The notes: generated from the sequence alone by a model not told the origin. Numbered from the stretch's first letter, positions 1 to 11,085 are shown. The stretch is 64,000 nt of DNA from Acidobacteriota bacterium (GCA_965209055.1 OZ242374.1:3168001-3232000); one strand, 5' to 3'. Translations and numbers: made by a program.

Positions 1-113
1 CCGCGACCACAGCCACGATCACGGTTAGGCATCCCGCGAGCTTGCGGGGCCGCAAGGAGAGTGCGTAACATGAACGGCGATCCCGATCTGTCCGGCAAGG
101 CGGAGAACCCACC

Positions 114-1544
114 GTGCGGAACTTGAGTCCGGCCCCTTTCGCAGGCTTCGACCGCAGACGATTCCTCCAGCTTTCCGCCGCGGCGCTAACGGCCTGGCGA
201 AGTCCGGAACCGCAGCTCTTGGCGGCGCCGTCCCCTTCCCCTCGGGCCGACTCCATGATTCTGCTCTGGATGGCCGGGGGCATGGCGCAGACCGAGACCT
301 TCGACCCGAAGCGCTACACCCCGTTCGAACCCGGTATCGAATCCAAACGGGTTCTGAGCACGTTTCCCGCCATCGACACGGTGGTGGACGGCATCCGACT
401 CTCCAGTGGCCTGGACCGCCTGGCCCGGGTGATGGACCGGGCCACCCTGATCCGGAGTCACCGCCTGGGAGACCTGGGCTTCATCCTTCACTCCCGCCAC
501 CAGTATCACTGGCACACCGGCTACGCGCCGCCCCTCTCGGTGGCGGCTCCCCACCTGGGGTCGGTGGTGGCCCGGACGCTGGGGCCCCGCCATCCGGACG
601 TGCCCGCATTCGTGGACATCGGACAGGACATGGAGATCGGCGCGGAGAGCGACTCGCTCAAGGCCTTCCATACCGCCGGGTTCCTGGGCGCCGAGTACGG
701 GCCCATGCTGATCCCGGATCCGGCGGCCGCGGCCGGAGCCATGCGGCCGCCCCAAGGGGTGGACCGGACCCGCGCCGCGCGGCGTTACCGCGCCTATCGC
801 CGGCTGGTGGCCGAGAGTCCGGTGCTTCAACAAGGGACCACCTACCAGCAGGAGTCGTTGCTCCGCTACCTGGACAAGGCCCACCGCCTGGTGGATTCTC
901 CCGCAGCCGCGGCCTTCGACCTGTCCCGGGAGCCCGAGAGTAGTCACCGAAGTTACGGCGCCGCCCGCTTCGGCCAGGGCTGCCTGCTGGCCCGGCGGCT
1001 CGTGGAAGCGGGAGTCCGGTTCGTGGAGGTCACCACCGGATACATCCCTTTTCGCTACTTCGACACGCACGAGAACGGCCACGAACGCATGGTCCACCTC
1101 AAGCGGAGCATCGACGGTCCCATCGCCCAACTGGTCCTGGACCTTGAAGAGCGCGGGCTTCTGGATCGGACGGTCGTGGTCGTGGCCAGCGAGTTCGGCC
1201 GGGACGCCCTCATCGAAGGCAAGCCGGACCTGGGGGTGAGGCAGCAGATCGAGGTCCCGGACCGGATGACCGAGCCGCGCCACTACGGCATGCACCGGCA
1301 TTTCACCGAAGCCTCCTCGGTGCTGGTTTTCGGTGGCGGATTCAAGCGGGGCTTCCTCTACGGGAGGACCGACGACGAGCGCCCCTGCCGCGTGGTGGAG
1401 AACCCGGTCTCCATCGAGGACCTGCACGCCACCCTCTATGCCGCCTTGGGCATTCCGCCGGATCAAGCCTACGTGGTGGAGAAGCGGCCCTTCTTCGTCA
1501 CCAAGGACGGCCGCGGAAAACCGGTCCAAGAGCTGTTTGCCTGA
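114..1544 (+). CDS. DUF1501 domain-containing protein
   Basis: Tat-like RRRFL leader; motifs LWMAGGMAQTETFDPK, FGQGCLLARRLVEAGVRFVEV, SEFGR typical of DUF1501. Confidence 0.9.
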   Translation: MRNLSPAPFAGFDRRRFLQLSAAALTAWRSPEPQLLAAPSPSPRADSMILLWMAGGMAQTETFDPKRYTPFEPGIESKRVLSTFPAIDTVVDGIRLSSGLDRLARVMDRATLIRSHRLGDLGFILHSRHQYHWHTGYAPPLSVAAPHLGSVVARTLGPRHPDVPAFVDIGQDMEIGAESDSLKAFHTAGFLGAEYGPMLIPDPAAAAGAMRPPQGVDRTRAARRYRAYRRLVAESPVLQQGTTYQQESLLRYLDKAHRLVDSPAAAAFDLSREPESSHRSYGAARFGQGCLLARRLVEAGVRFVEVTTGYIPFRYFDTHENGHERMVHLKRSIDGPIAQLVLDLEERGLLDRTVVVVASEFGRDALIEGKPDLGVRQQIEVPDRMTEPRHYGMHRHFTEASSVLVFGGGFKRGFLYGRTDDERPCRVVENPVSIEDLHATLYAALGIPPDQAYVVEKRPFFVTKDGRGKPVQELFA

Positions 1545-1583
1545 CCCCAGCGATTTCCAAACCACACACCGGAGTCGAGACTC

Positions 1584-2630
1584 TTGAAGCCACTATCGTC
1601 ATTTCCCCGAAGAACGTACGTTACGCAGCCGACGCCCCTGCAGCCGGCTCCCCGCCTGTCGCGATTGCTGGGCGGTCCGGAGATCTTCATCAAGCGGGAC
1701 GACCTGCTGCCGGGAGCGGGCGGCGGGAACAAGACCCGCAAGCTGGAGTTTTCCATCGGTGACGCTCTGGCCCAGGGCGCGGATACCCTCATCACCAGCG
1801 GCGCGATTCAATCCAACCACTGCCGGCTGACCCTCTCCTGGGCCCGGGTGGAAGGACTCGAGTGCCACCTGGTGCTCCAGGAACCGGCGCCCGGCGCCTT
1901 CGATCCCGAGGCCGGCGGCAACAATTTCCTCTACCAGTTGCTGGGGGCGGACAGCCTCCGGATCGTCTCCGGAAGGGAAGAGGGGCCCGTCGCCATGGAG
2001 CGGTTGGCCGGCGAGTGCCGGGAGCGGGGACGGAAGCCCTACCTGATTCCAGTCGGCGGGTCCACTCCGGTCGGCGCCACCGGTTACGCCGCCTGCGCCC
2101 TGGAGCTGATCTCCCAGTTCCGGGAGCTGGACCTGCGGGTGGACCACCTGGTGGTTCCCAGCGGAAGCGCCGGGACCCAGGCGGGCCTCCTGGCCGGATT
2201 CCACGGCGCCGATTACTCGCTCGCCGTGACCGGCGTCAACGTGAGCCGCGGCCGGGATCTGCAGGAGCCGAGCGTCTACGAGCTGGCCCTGGCGACCGCC
2301 TCCCGGCTGGGCGTCGGAGCCCCGGTCCCCAGGGAATCGGTGGACTGCAACGGCGACTACTTGGGCCCTGGATATGCCCTGCCGACGCCGGAGATGATGG
2401 AAGCGGTCGGGCTCGTGGCCCGCTCCGAGGGAATCCTCCTGGACCCGGTCTACACCGGCAAGGCCATGGCCGGGACCATCGACCTGATCCGCAAGGGGGT
2501 CTTCCGCAGGGGAGAGAGGCTGGTCTTCGTCCACACCGGGGGCTCGCCGGCTCTTTACGTCCACATGGACGCGTTTCGGAAGAGGTTCCCTCCGCCGCCG
2601 GCGACCGATTCGGCCGGCAACGAAAGGTAG
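1584..2630 (+). CDS. dcyD: D-cysteine desulfhydrase / ACC deaminase family PLP enzyme
   Basis: IKRDDL...GGNKTRKLE (PLP lysine), GAIQSNHCR, GSAGTQAG, LLDPVYTGKAM, FVHTGG. Confidence 0.85.
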   Translation: MKPLSSFPRRTYVTQPTPLQPAPRLSRLLGGPEIFIKRDDLLPGAGGGNKTRKLEFSIGDALAQGADTLITSGAIQSNHCRLTLSWARVEGLECHLVLQEPAPGAFDPEAGGNNFLYQLLGADSLRIVSGREEGPVAMERLAGECRERGRKPYLIPVGGSTPVGATGYAACALELISQFRELDLRVDHLVVPSGSAGTQAGLLAGFHGADYSLAVTGVNVSRGRDLQEPSVYELALATASRLGVGAPVPRESVDCNGDYLGPGYALPTPEMMEAVGLVARSEGILLDPVYTGKAMAGTIDLIRKGVFRRGERLVFVHTGGSPALYVHMDAFRKRFPPPPATDSAGNER

Positions 2631-2653
2631 GAACTCCCCCACCGGTCCGGACG

Positions 2654-2760
2654 GGAGCGGCGATTTCCAACCGCCGAACTGGAGCGGCGATTTCCAATCG
2701 CCGAACTCTTAACTTACGAACTTGGCGACGAAGGCTGGGCGATTGGAATTCGCCCCTCCT
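2654..2760. repeat. GGAG-tagged REP-like palindromes (two tandem 27-bp units plus inverted partner)
   Basis: ggagcggcgatttccaa(c/t)cgccgaact at 2654 and 2681; inverted gggcgattggaattcgcccctcc at 2737; between convergent genes. Confidence 0.75.
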
Positions 2761-2783
2761 CATATCTCAGGAGGCCGGGAAGG

Positions 2784-4235
2784 TCAGACCAGGATCTCCT
2801 CCACGACCCGGGCGGGAAACTGGTCGGTCAGGCGCTCGTCCAGACCGTGGCGCCGGTAGACCAGGTCCCGGTAGTTCATGCCCAACAGGTGCAGCAGGGT
2901 GGCGTGGAAGTCGTGGACGCTGACCCTCTGGTCCACGGCCTTGTGCCCGATGTCGTCGGTGCCGCCGTAGGTGAGTCCTCCCTTGACGCCGCCGCCGGCC
3001 ATCCAGATGCTGAATCCGTCGGGGCCGTGGTCCCGCCCGTCGGCGCCCCGGTCGGCGACCTGGGCCAGGGGCATTCTCCCGAACTCTCCGCCCCAGATCA
3101 CCAGGGTCTCCTCCAACAGGCCGCGGCGCTTGAGGTCCTTGACAAGGGCGGCCGCGGGACGGTCCGTCTTCCCGCAACTGTAGGTCAGCATCTTCTCCAG
3201 GTTGGTGTGGGCGTCCCAGATCTGGCCTTCGATGAAGATCTGAACGAAACGGACTCCCCGCTCCACCAGGCGCCGGGCCATGAGGCAGCGGGTTCCATAG
3301 GAACGGGTCAGCTCGTCGTTGAGGCCGTACATTTCCCGGGTGGCCTCGTCCTCCTGGGACAGGTCCAGCGCATCCGACGTGGCCAACTGCATCCGGGCGG
3401 CCAACTCGTAGCTGGCGATCCGGGCGTCGAGCTCCGGCTCCCTTGGCCGGGCGTCCCGGTGCGCCGTGTCGAGACGCCGGAGCAGGGCGCGCTCGGCTTC
3501 GATCAGGTCACTGGGCAGATTCCGCCGCGACTCCAGGTTCAGGACGGGTGGCCCCTCGGAGCGGAAGCGGGTCCCCTGGTAGACGGGAGGCAGCCAGGCC
3601 GACTGCCAGTTCTGCTCCCGGTTGATGGGCAGCCCCTTGGGGTCGTCCAGCACCACGTATCCGGGCAGGTTCCGGGTCTCGCTCCCCAGTCCGTAGACCA
3701 CCCACGAGCCCAACGAGGGCCGATTGGGCAGGGTTCGGCCCGAGTGCATGAGATAGATGGCCGGCTCGTGGTTGAAGTGCTCCCCGTACATGGAACGGAT
3801 CAGGGTGATGTCGTCCACCACCTCACCCAGATGGGGAAGCAGTTCGGAGAGCTCCATTCCGCAACGTCCGCGCCGCTTGAACTTGTAGGGGGAGGGGAAC
3901 AGCCCTCCCACCTGGTCGGCGAATTCGATCTTGTTGAGGATGTCCCTGGGGGGCGCGCTCCCCGCCAACCGGGCCAGCTCCGGCTTGGGGTCGAACAGGT
4001 CCACCTGGCTGGGTCCGCCGTTCATGAACAGGTGGATCACGGCCTTGGCCTGGGGACGGTAGTGGGGAGCCCGGGGCTTCAGGTCATGGACTCCGTTGCC
4101 GGCCAGCGCCGGATTGGAGGAGGAGTAGAGGTCCTCTCCCAAAAGGGTGGCCAGGGCCGTGCCGTAAAGGCCGTCGCTGAGCCGGGAGAAGAACTCCCGC
4201 CGGGGGATGTGGGGACTCTCGAGTCTGTTTCTCAT
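2784..4235 (-). CDS. DUF1501 domain-containing protein
   Basis: AKAVIHLFMNGGPSQVDLFDPKP, YELAARMQ, CLMARRLVERGVRFVQ, WGGEFGRMP, GRDH. Confidence 0.92.
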   Translation of the reverse strand: MRNRLESPHIPRREFFSRLSDGLYGTALATLLGEDLYSSSNPALAGNGVHDLKPRAPHYRPQAKAVIHLFMNGGPSQVDLFDPKPELARLAGSAPPRDILNKIEFADQVGGLFPSPYKFKRRGRCGMELSELLPHLGEVVDDITLIRSMYGEHFNHEPAIYLMHSGRTLPNRPSLGSWVVYGLGSETRNLPGYVVLDDPKGLPINREQNWQSAWLPPVYQGTRFRSEGPPVLNLESRRNLPSDLIEAERALLRRLDTAHRDARPREPELDARIASYELAARMQLATSDALDLSQEDEATREMYGLNDELTRSYGTRCLMARRLVERGVRFVQIFIEGQIWDAHTNLEKMLTYSCGKTDRPAAALVKDLKRRGLLEETLVIWGGEFGRMPLAQVADRGADGRDHGPDGFSIWMAGGGVKGGLTYGGTDDIGHKAVDQRVSVHDFHATLLHLLGMNYRDLVYRRHGLDERLTDQFPARVVEEILV

Positions 4236-4245
4236 GGTCGCCGGC

Positions 4246-7173
4246 CTAGTCGATGTAGGAGAACTCCGCCGAGGTGAGCAGAGCGTGGGAAACGGACGCC
4301 AGAGCCGACCAGTGGGCGGTTGTCCGGCGCGGAGCCTCGTCCTGTTCGTTCTCCAGGTGACGGGTCCACTTCTCCGCGAGGTCGGAGAGGGATTCCAGGG
4401 TCATTTGCATCTCCTCCGGAGTGGGCTTCCGGGTGAGAACCCGCAGGTAGAGCTCCCGGACCTGGTCCTCGGCCCGTCCCGGGTGCGCGTCCACCAGGCG
4501 TCCGGCCAGATGGCGCGACAGCTTCCGGGCCAGGAAGCCGTTCATCAACTGGAGGGCCTGCGGCGCAACGTTGGAGGAGATTCGCTCGGTGCAGTTGGGC
4601 GCCATCTGCGGGGCGTCGAAGAGGTCCAGGAAGGTCATTCTCAGGAGGCGCCGTTTCTGGGTGTAGATGGCCCGCCTCCAACCGTTCTTCGTTCCCTGGG
4701 CGATCACCTCCCCGTCGTCCATCCTCTCCACCGGGTCGGCCGGTCCGAAGCGGTCCGGGTCCAGCCGTCCGGTGGCCCGCAGCATGGAATCGTAGAGCAC
4801 CTCCGCCTGCATCCGCCGCAAGGACATGCGCGACCAGAGGTGGCCTTCGGGATCGGCCTCCCCCTGCAACCCCCGTCCCGAACTCTGCCGGTAGGCGGTG
4901 GAGGTCATCATGAGCCGGTGCAGCGACTTGAGGCTCCAGTCCCGGTCCACGAACCAGGTGGCCAGCCAGTCCAGCAGTTCCGGATGGGAGGGCCGGGCGC
5001 CGGTCCGGCCGAAGTCGGCCGGCGTGGAGACGATGCCACGTCCGAAATGGTGCATCCAGACCCGGTTGACCAGGACCCGCGCGGTCAGCGGATGCTCCGG
5101 ATGGGTCAGCCAGCGGGCCAGGGCCAGGCGATAGCCGGTGGTGTCGTTTCTCCCCGAAGGGATCTCCGGATCGTATTCGGGCAACCCCGCACGCAGGACG
5201 GCGGGCACTCCGGGGTAGACGCGCTCCCCGATGGTCTCGGCATTGCCGCGCCGCAGGACGTAGGTGGGAGAGCCTTCGCTCCCCATGTCGAAAAGGGCCC
5301 GCACGGCCGGTTTGGGCTTCAGTTTCTTCTTCAGCTCGCCCAGCGACTTGTTGAATTCCGCGAGCTGGGGTTTGAGCTCCTCGTTCTCACGCGCCAGCCC
5401 CTGGTCGGTGACCTTCAGCGTCTTCTGAAAACGGCGTTGCAGGTACTTCTGAACCGTGCTGCGCTGGTCCTCCGGGGTCTTCAGCAGGGCCTTGAGGTCC
5501 TGCCGCAGGGCTTCCGGCAGGGCCGCCAGCCGGGATTCCAGGACCTGGTTTCGGAGCGGCCCGGTCTTGGCCTTCCAGGCCCGTTCCAGGTCGTCGATCT
5601 GCTTTTGGATGGGAGCGTTGAAGCGCTTCGTCTCCTCGATCTCCTTCGGATCCCCCACGTCCAGGTAGCGCTGGGTCGGGTCGAGCCAGTCGTAGGGGTC
5701 GTAGGCGCTCTGAAAAACGGCGCTGAGGCGGTAGTAGTCCTTCTGGGAGATGGGGTCGTACTTGTGATCGTGGCAGCGGGCGCAACCCATGGTCAGGCCC
5801 AGGACCGAGGAGCCCAGCACCTGGATCTCGTCGTGGATCACGTCCATCTTTTCGGCCAGCGAGGCGTTGGACGGCGAATCGGTGGGATCGGAGGCGAGCC
5901 TCAGAAACCCGGTGGCCGCCAGGAACTCCAGGGCGGCGGGCGTGACCTCCTTCTTGTAGTCCGCCAACTCGTCGCCGGCCAACTGCTCCACCAGGAAGCG
6001 GTCGTAGGGCTTGTCCTGGTTCAGGGAGCGGATCACGTAGTCGCGGTAGCGCCAGGCCTGGGGGCGGAAGTGGTCGGCGTGCTTGATCCCCTCGGTGTCG
6101 GCGTAGCCGGCCACGTCCAGCCAGTGCTGAGCCCAGCGCTCCCCGTAGTGGGGTGAGTCCAGCAGCTCCTCGACCATGCGCTCGTACGCGTCCGGAGACT
6201 CGTCCGCCAGATGGGCCCGGATCTGGGACGCGGTGGGAGGCATTCCGACGAGGTCCAGGTAGGCCCGGCGCATCAGGGTGAGGCGCTCCGCTTCGGGCGA
6301 GAAGCTCAGGCCGCGGGCTTCCAGCTTTTCCAGCAGGAAGGCGTCGATGGGATTCCGGACCAGCGCGTCATGGGCGACCTTCGGAACCGGCGGACTCTTC
6401 GGACTCCGGAAGGACCAGAACCGCCGGTCCTCGCCGGTCAGGGGAAGTTCGGATTCCTGGCCCGGGTCATGCGGCGGGTCGGCATGCGCTCCGGCGGCGA
6501 TCCAGCGGCGCAGGGTCTCCACCTCCCCGGTGCTGGGAGGCCTGACGCGGTACTTGAAGAGGAGGTCGGCGGGAGGCATCTCCTCGTGCACGATGCGCTG
6601 GAAGAGAAGGCTGGCGTCGGGGTCGCCCGGCACCAGGGCCGGTCCCGACTTGCCGCCCCGGAGGCGTCCGGCCAGGGTTCTCAGGTCCAGACCCCCTTCC
6701 TGGGCCCGCTTGCCGTGGCAGACGACGCACCTCATGAGGAAGATGGGAAGCACGTCCTTCTCGCTGATGTCCGCGTGGGCCAGGGCCGCTTCCGATTGGC
6801 CCAGCCGGTCGATCCAGCCGCGGATGGCCGCAATCTCCTCCCGGCCCAGAGCCGCGTCGCCGGGTGGCATGGCTCCGGACACCACCTTGTCCAGCAGCAG
6901 ACTCCGGTCCGCCGACCCGGGGACGACGGCCGGACCCGATTTGCCTCCCTTCAGGATCGAAGCGGGGGCTCTCAGGTCCAGCTCGGCCTGGGGCGCGGAC
7001 TCGCCGTGGCAGGCCACACAGTTGTTCTCGATGATGGGCAGGATCGAGGACTCGAAGACGTCCGGCGCCGTCTCACCGGTTGCGGTAACAGGAGCGAAGA
7101 ACAGCGGAGCGAGCCAGATCATCCGGCGGCAGACTCTGAGGAATGCCAAGGTGCTCCCTGAATGAGGCATCAT
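4246..7173 (-). CDS. PSD1 (DUF1553)/DUF1549 protein with planctomycete cytochrome c domains
   Basis: CxxCH motifs CVACH, CVVCH, CARCH; [35 protein letters not shown]; coupled to DUF1501. Start uncertain: ORF is open to 7260 but that part overlaps a REP. Confidence 0.88.
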   Translation of the reverse strand: MMPHSGSTLAFLRVCRRMIWLAPLFFAPVTATGETAPDVFESSILPIIENNCVACHGESAPQAELDLRAPASILKGGKSGPAVVPGSADRSLLLDKVVSGAMPPGDAALGREEIAAIRGWIDRLGQSEAALAHADISEKDVLPIFLMRCVVCHGKRAQEGGLDLRTLAGRLRGGKSGPALVPGDPDASLLFQRIVHEEMPPADLLFKYRVRPPSTGEVETLRRWIAAGAHADPPHDPGQESELPLTGEDRRFWSFRSPKSPPVPKVAHDALVRNPIDAFLLEKLEARGLSFSPEAERLTLMRRAYLDLVGMPPTASQIRAHLADESPDAYERMVEELLDSPHYGERWAQHWLDVAGYADTEGIKHADHFRPQAWRYRDYVIRSLNQDKPYDRFLVEQLAGDELADYKKEVTPAALEFLAATGFLRLASDPTDSPSNASLAEKMDVIHDEIQVLGSSVLGLTMGCARCHDHKYDPISQKDYYRLSAVFQSAYDPYDWLDPTQRYLDVGDPKEIEETKRFNAPIQKQIDDLERAWKAKTGPLRNQVLESRLAALPEALRQDLKALLKTPEDQRSTVQKYLQRRFQKTLKVTDQGLARENEELKPQLAEFNKSLGELKKKLKPKPAVRALFDMGSEGSPTYVLRRGNAETIGERVYPGVPAVLRAGLPEYDPEIPSGRNDTTGYRLALARWLTHPEHPLTARVLVNRVWMHHFGRGIVSTPADFGRTGARPSHPELLDWLATWFVDRDWSLKSLHRLMMTSTAYRQSSGRGLQGEADPEGHLWSRMSLRRMQAEVLYDSMLRATGRLDPDRFGPADPVERMDDGEVIAQGTKNGWRRAIYTQKRRLLRMTFLDLFDAPQMAPNCTERISSNVAPQALQLMNGFLARKLSRHLAGRLVDAHPGRAEDQVRELYLRVLTRKPTPEEMQMTLESLSDLAEKWTRHLENEQDEAPRRTTAHWSALASVSHALLTSAEFSYID

Positions 7174-7229
7174 CGAAACGCTCCAGATTGCGGCCATGAT
7201 ACCGGAGGCGTCTGGTGAACGCGAGAATT

Positions 7230-7540
7230 GGAGGGGGAACATCCTTGTCCCCCTCTTCATCCGGCGACCCGGAATCGGCGGTCGGAAACCGCCGCATGAG
7301 GAGGGGCGATTTCCAATCGCCCGTTCTTCCGTCTCTATTTTGCTGCTCGGGAGTCCCGCGGTTAGGAAACCGCCGCGTGAGGAGGGGCGATTTCCAATCG
7401 CCCGTTCTTCTGTCTCTGTTTTGCTGCTCGGGAGTCCCGCGGTTAGGAAACCGCCGCATGAGGAGGGGCGATTTCCAATCGCCCGTTCTTCTGTCTCTGT
7501 TTTGCTGCTCGGGAGTCCCGCGGTTAGGAAACCGCCGCTC
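7230..7540. repeat. REP-like cluster with 3 x 81-bp tandem units
   Basis: Units start at 7284, 7365, 7446 (partial at 7527); each has hairpins gggcgatt-tcc-aatcgccc and gcggtt-agga-aaccgc. Confidence 0.9.
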
Positions 7541-7543
7541 CTC

Positions 7544-8515
7544 TCAGAAGATCCTCTCTTCGGCGCTGCGCGCGTGCAGGTGGTCGACGTGGTGGTGTTC
7601 GGTACAACCGTCCGCCGTGTACTCCAACTGGATGGTGATGTGTTCGATGCCGAAATCGCCGGATGCGATCTCCCGCAGCCGCCGCCGCAGAAATTCCAGG
7701 TCCTTGAACTCGGGATCGACCAGGACGTGAGCCGTCAGCACATCGTAACCGGGGACGAGGCTCCAGACGTGGATGTCGTGGATCAGACCCACGCCCTGTA
7801 CGTCTTCCATCTGGCTGCAGAGCCGATACACGTCGATGTGTTTGGGTACGCTCTCCAGCAGGACGTGCACGACCTTTCCGAGCAGGCGCCAGGTGCTGAG
7901 CAAAATAAGGATGCCGATGATCACGCTCACGGCGGTATCCGCATGGTGCCAATCAAAGGCCCAGACCAGCAGACCCGAGACGACCACGCCGACGGTCCCC
8001 ATCAGATCGACCATGACGTGCCGGAAGGCGCCTTCGACGTTGACGTCTTGCTTCGACGCGAGGTGGAGAACCCCGGCCACCGAGAGGTTGACCAGCAGGC
8101 CGGCTGCGCCGAAGGCAAGCATGATTTCCCCTTCCACGTGGTGAAGCGCATCATGGGTGCGATCGTATGCCTCCATGATCAGCCATCCGGCGACCAGCCA
8201 GAGGGAAAGGGCGTTGAGCAGGGCCGCCAGGATCTCGAGGCGGCGGAAGCCATAGGTCCGTTGGGCGGAGGCGGGCCGGGTCGAGAAGTGGAGGGCGACG
8301 AGGGCGAAACTGATGGACGCCGCGTCCGTCACCTTGTGGGCGGCCTCCGCAAGCAACGCCAGACTGCCGGAAAGAACGCTGCCGACGATCTGTATGACCA
8401 TATAGCCGACGGTCAGGAGGAGCGCGATGGTCAGGCTGTACCGGCTGGCGCCGTGGTGGTCGTGGTCATTTCCGCCCGGATCGTGTTGATGGTGATGGTC
8501 GAGTCCATCCGTCAT
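7544..8515 (-). CDS. Cation diffusion facilitator (CzcD/ZitB-like Zn/Co/Cd exporter)
   Basis: His-rich N-terminus, SGSLALLAEAAH, RTYGFRRLEILAALLN, IHDIHVWS, HITIQLE; ATG at 8515. Confidence 0.9.
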   Translation of the reverse strand: MTDGLDHHHQHDPGGNDHDHHGASRYSLTIALLLTVGYMVIQIVGSVLSGSLALLAEAAHKVTDAASISFALVALHFSTRPASAQRTYGFRRLEILAALLNALSLWLVAGWLIMEAYDRTHDALHHVEGEIMLAFGAAGLLVNLSVAGVLHLASKQDVNVEGAFRHVMVDLMGTVGVVVSGLLVWAFDWHHADTAVSVIIGILILLSTWRLLGKVVHVLLESVPKHIDVYRLCSQMEDVQGVGLIHDIHVWSLVPGYDVLTAHVLVDPEFKDLEFLRRRLREIASGDFGIEHITIQLEYTADGCTEHHHVDHLHARSAEERIF

Positions 8516-8680
8516 ACGCTTCCAGTCGACGAAGTTGCGCCGTAAATTCCGAGCGAAGCTCAATATTGTTTTGGCCATCGAAGCGATGTCAACTATCGCG
8601 CCGGCGCAGTCGCCGTTTATCGACAGGAATCGCGCGGCAGGTGAAGGGCAGCCACGTGAAGGGGAAAGTCCCGGAGGTCC

Positions 8681-8995
8681 CCGGAAAAACAGACTGTCCC
8701 CATCTCCAAGACTGTCCCCATCTCCACTCCCCATGGCGCCGGAGATCGGCCGCGGCGTGCGGCTGACCTACATCATGCGGTTCTTCTGATCCAGCCCGTC
8801 CGCGCGGGTGCTGCTGCCACGAACCGAACAACCACTCCGGAAAAACACACTCCGGAAAAACAGACTGTCCCTTTCTCCGTCCCTTTCTCCACTTTCCGAA
8901 AACTTGCCCGAATACCAGACTGTTCCCAGTTCCCCCGTCTCCGCCCGAGTACCAGACTGTCCCCATTTTCCCCCCAGTCCCCATTTTCCCCCCAC
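8681..8995. repeat. Cluster of five same-orientation junction-palindrome cores (AGACTGTYCC) with nested short duplications
   Basis: Cores at 8691, 8709, 8862, 8917, 8954; also cactccggaaaaa x2, ccctttctcc x2, tccccattttcccccc x2. Confidence 0.8.
8733..8789 (+). pseudogene. Isolated 3' end of a TonB-dependent receptor gene
   Basis: Encodes APEIGRGVRLTYIMRFF*, matching C-terminus APEIGRGVRLTYILRFF* of the gene ending at 18073. Confidence 0.85.
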
Positions 8996-9089
8996 GCATC
9001 GCAATCAGCACTTCTACCGTGTACACTGCAACAGTGTAGATCGTAGACGGAATACTTCACGAAAGAAGACTGAAAGCATGGAGGTCATC

Positions 9090-9311
9090 GTGAGAAACAT
9101 CACCCTGAGCGCTGACGAGAATATGATCGAAGCGGCTCGGCGCCGCGCGGTGGCGGAAAATACGACCTTGAACGGTCAGTTTCGGCTCTGGCTTGCCGAG
9201 TACGTTGGCGGGGAAAGGCAGGCAGCCCGGGCGATGCGTACCGTCCGTGAACTGCAAGGCAAACTGCGCGTCGGGCGCAAGTTGACGCGGGAAGAGATGA
9301 ATGAACGCTGA
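9090..9311 (+). CDS. VapB-like antitoxin
   Basis: GGAGG then GTG; NITLSADE..IEAARRRA...TTLN; ends LTREEMNER and overlaps the PIN gene. Confidence 0.75.
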   Translation: MRNITLSADENMIEAARRRAVAENTTLNGQFRLWLAEYVGGERQAARAMRTVRELQGKLRVGRKLTREEMNER

Positions 9312-9723
9312 AAGCTTCATCGATACAAATGTCTTCGTGTATCAGCTTGAGCGTCTTGATGTCCGTAAAGCCGATATTGCCGACCAACTCATCGGGCATG
9401 GAATCGAAACCCAGACGGCGTGCATCAGTTTTCAGGTGATCCAGGAGTGTCTCAACACCGCCACCCGCAAGGCTGAAGTGCCGCTGACCGAAGATGAGAT
9501 GCGCAAGTACATGATGGACGTCCTGAATCCGTTGTACAGAGTTCAACCAGATATCTGGCTCTATGGAAAATCACTGGAGATCCGATCCCGCTACGGTTTC
9601 AGCTTCTATGACTCGCTCATCGTTGCGGCCGCGATCAAGGCGGGCTGCAGAACCCTCTACAGCGAAGATCTTCAGCATGGGCAAGAGATTTCTGGCGTTG
9701 TCATCACGAACCCTTTCGGTTAG
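9301..9723 (+). CDS. PIN-domain (VapC-like) toxin
   Basis: FIDTNVFVY, SFQVIQE, SFYDSLIVAAA, LYSEDLQHG. Confidence 0.9.
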   Translation: MNAESFIDTNVFVYQLERLDVRKADIADQLIGHGIETQTACISFQVIQECLNTATRKAEVPLTEDEMRKYMMDVLNPLYRVQPDIWLYGKSLEIRSRYGFSFYDSLIVAAAIKAGCRTLYSEDLQHGQEISGVVITNPFG

Positions 9724-9747
9724 AGAACCGATCCCACGGAAAATCGC

Positions 9748-9771
9748 GGAAAATCGGACTGCCCCCTTCTT
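9748..9771. repeat. Junction palindrome copy (degenerate)
   Basis: ggaaaatcggactgcccccttctt directly after the TA pair. Confidence 0.5.
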
Positions 9772-9894
9772 GATCGGCCAAACCTCTTCCGCGTCATTGA
9801 CGATCCGGTGGACTCAGGCGATGGAAGGGTATGAATTAGGATAATTCAATATGTAACTTTGGAATATCCTGATAATTATTGTAAGCTGTCTGCG

Positions 9895-11085
9895 ATGATT
9901 GAGCGGGACCTCACGCCGGAGTTGATCAGGGCGGCTCGCCAATTCCCTTCGATCACGTTGACCGGACCACGGCAGAGCGGAAAGACGACCTTGTGCCGAG
10001 CCGTGTTTCCGGACCTTCCCTACACGACTCTGGAGGCCCCGGACATACGCGCTTTGGCGACGGAGGACCCCAGAGGTTTCCTGGCCCAGTTTCCCAACGG
10101 AGCCATCATCGACGAAGTGCAACGCGTCCCGGACCTCCTCTCGTACCTGCAGGTCATCATCGACTCCGATCCGGAGCCCGGCCGCTGGGTTCTGACTGGC
10201 TCGCAGAACCTTTCCCTGCTGGCGTCGGTCAGCCAATCGCTGGCGGGAAGGACAGCCGTGCACCACCTGCTGCCACCGAGCCGCAGTGAGATCGTGCGCT
10301 TCGACCGGCCTCCGAAAAGTCTTGAAGCGACTCTCTTCGCGGGCGCCTATCCTCGGATTTTCGATCGCGATCTGAACCCGGCGGACTGGCTCCGTTCTTA
10401 TGTCGCGACCTATATCGAACGGGACGTGCGGACCATCAGCAACGTGGGAGACCTTCCCACCTTTCAACGCTTCGTGGAATTGTGCGCTGGCCGTACGGCT
10501 CAACTGGTGAACTACTCGTCATTGGCCGACGACTGCGGCGTGTCCCAGCCAACGGCCAAGACATGGCTCGGGATTCTCGAGACCGGTTTTCTCACCTTTC
10601 GCCTGCCGGCATTTCACGCCAATCTGCGCAAGCGCCTGGTGAAGATGCCGAGGTTGTACTTCTACGACACCGGGCTGGTCTGCTGGCTGCTGGGCATTCG
10701 CAGCCCCGAGCAGCTCCGCACACATCCCTTGCGAGGACCGATCTTCGAAACCTGGGTGGTCTCGGAGATTGCAAAATACCGGACTCACCTGGGCGAATCC
10801 GGGGGTCTTTTCTTCTACCGCGACAGTAACGGGGCCGAGGTCGATCTCATCCTTGAATATCCGTTCCACATCACGCTGGTGGAAGCCAAGGCTTCCGCGA
10901 CGCCGTCCTCCGCTCTGTTTCGCGGCGCCCGGCGCGTGCGCAGACATCTTTCGCGACAGCCTCGCCCATGTTCGGTCGTCGTGGCCTACGGGGGCGAGCA
11001 ACTCCAGCGGCGCACCGAAGGGAGCCTGGTCCCCTGGAGCGAACTGCACCAAGCGGACTTTTGGGAACCGGCCGCCGTCATTTGA
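9895..11085 (+). CDS. AAA_14 ATPase with DUF4143 domain
   Basis: GPRQSGKTT, IIDEVQ, LTGSQ, KRLVKMPRLYFYDTGL, EVDL...EAK. Confidence 0.9.
   Translation: MIERDLTPELIRAARQFPSITLTGPRQSGKTTLCRAVFPDLPYTTLEAPDIRALATEDPRGFLAQFPNGAIIDEVQRVPDLLSYLQVIIDSDPEPGRWVLTGSQNLSLLASVSQSLAGRTAVHHLLPPSRSEIVRFDRPPKSLEATLFAGAYPRIFDRDLNPADWLRSYVATYIERDVRTISNVGDLPTFQRFVELCAGRTAQLVNYSSLADDCGVSQPTAKTWLGILETGFLTFRLPAFHANLRKRLVKMPRLYFYDTGLVCWLLGIRSPEQLRTHPLRGPIFETWVVSEIAKYRTHLGESGGLFFYRDSNGAEVDLILEYPFHITLVEAKASATPSSALFRGARRVRRHLSRQPRPCSVVVAYGGEQLQRRTEGSLVPWSELHQADFWEPAAVI

Noticed and set aside
186-6156. Long antisense ORFs overlapping the DUF1501, dcyD and PSD1 genes (similar ones at 11129, 20692, 21750, 47127, 52834)
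   Set aside because: Typical high-GC shadow ORFs opposite genes with clear family motifs.
7284-7540. Possible CRISPR array (periodic hairpin repeats)
   Set aside because: Whole 81-bp units are near-identical with no unique spacers, and there are no cas genes; this is a REP tandem.
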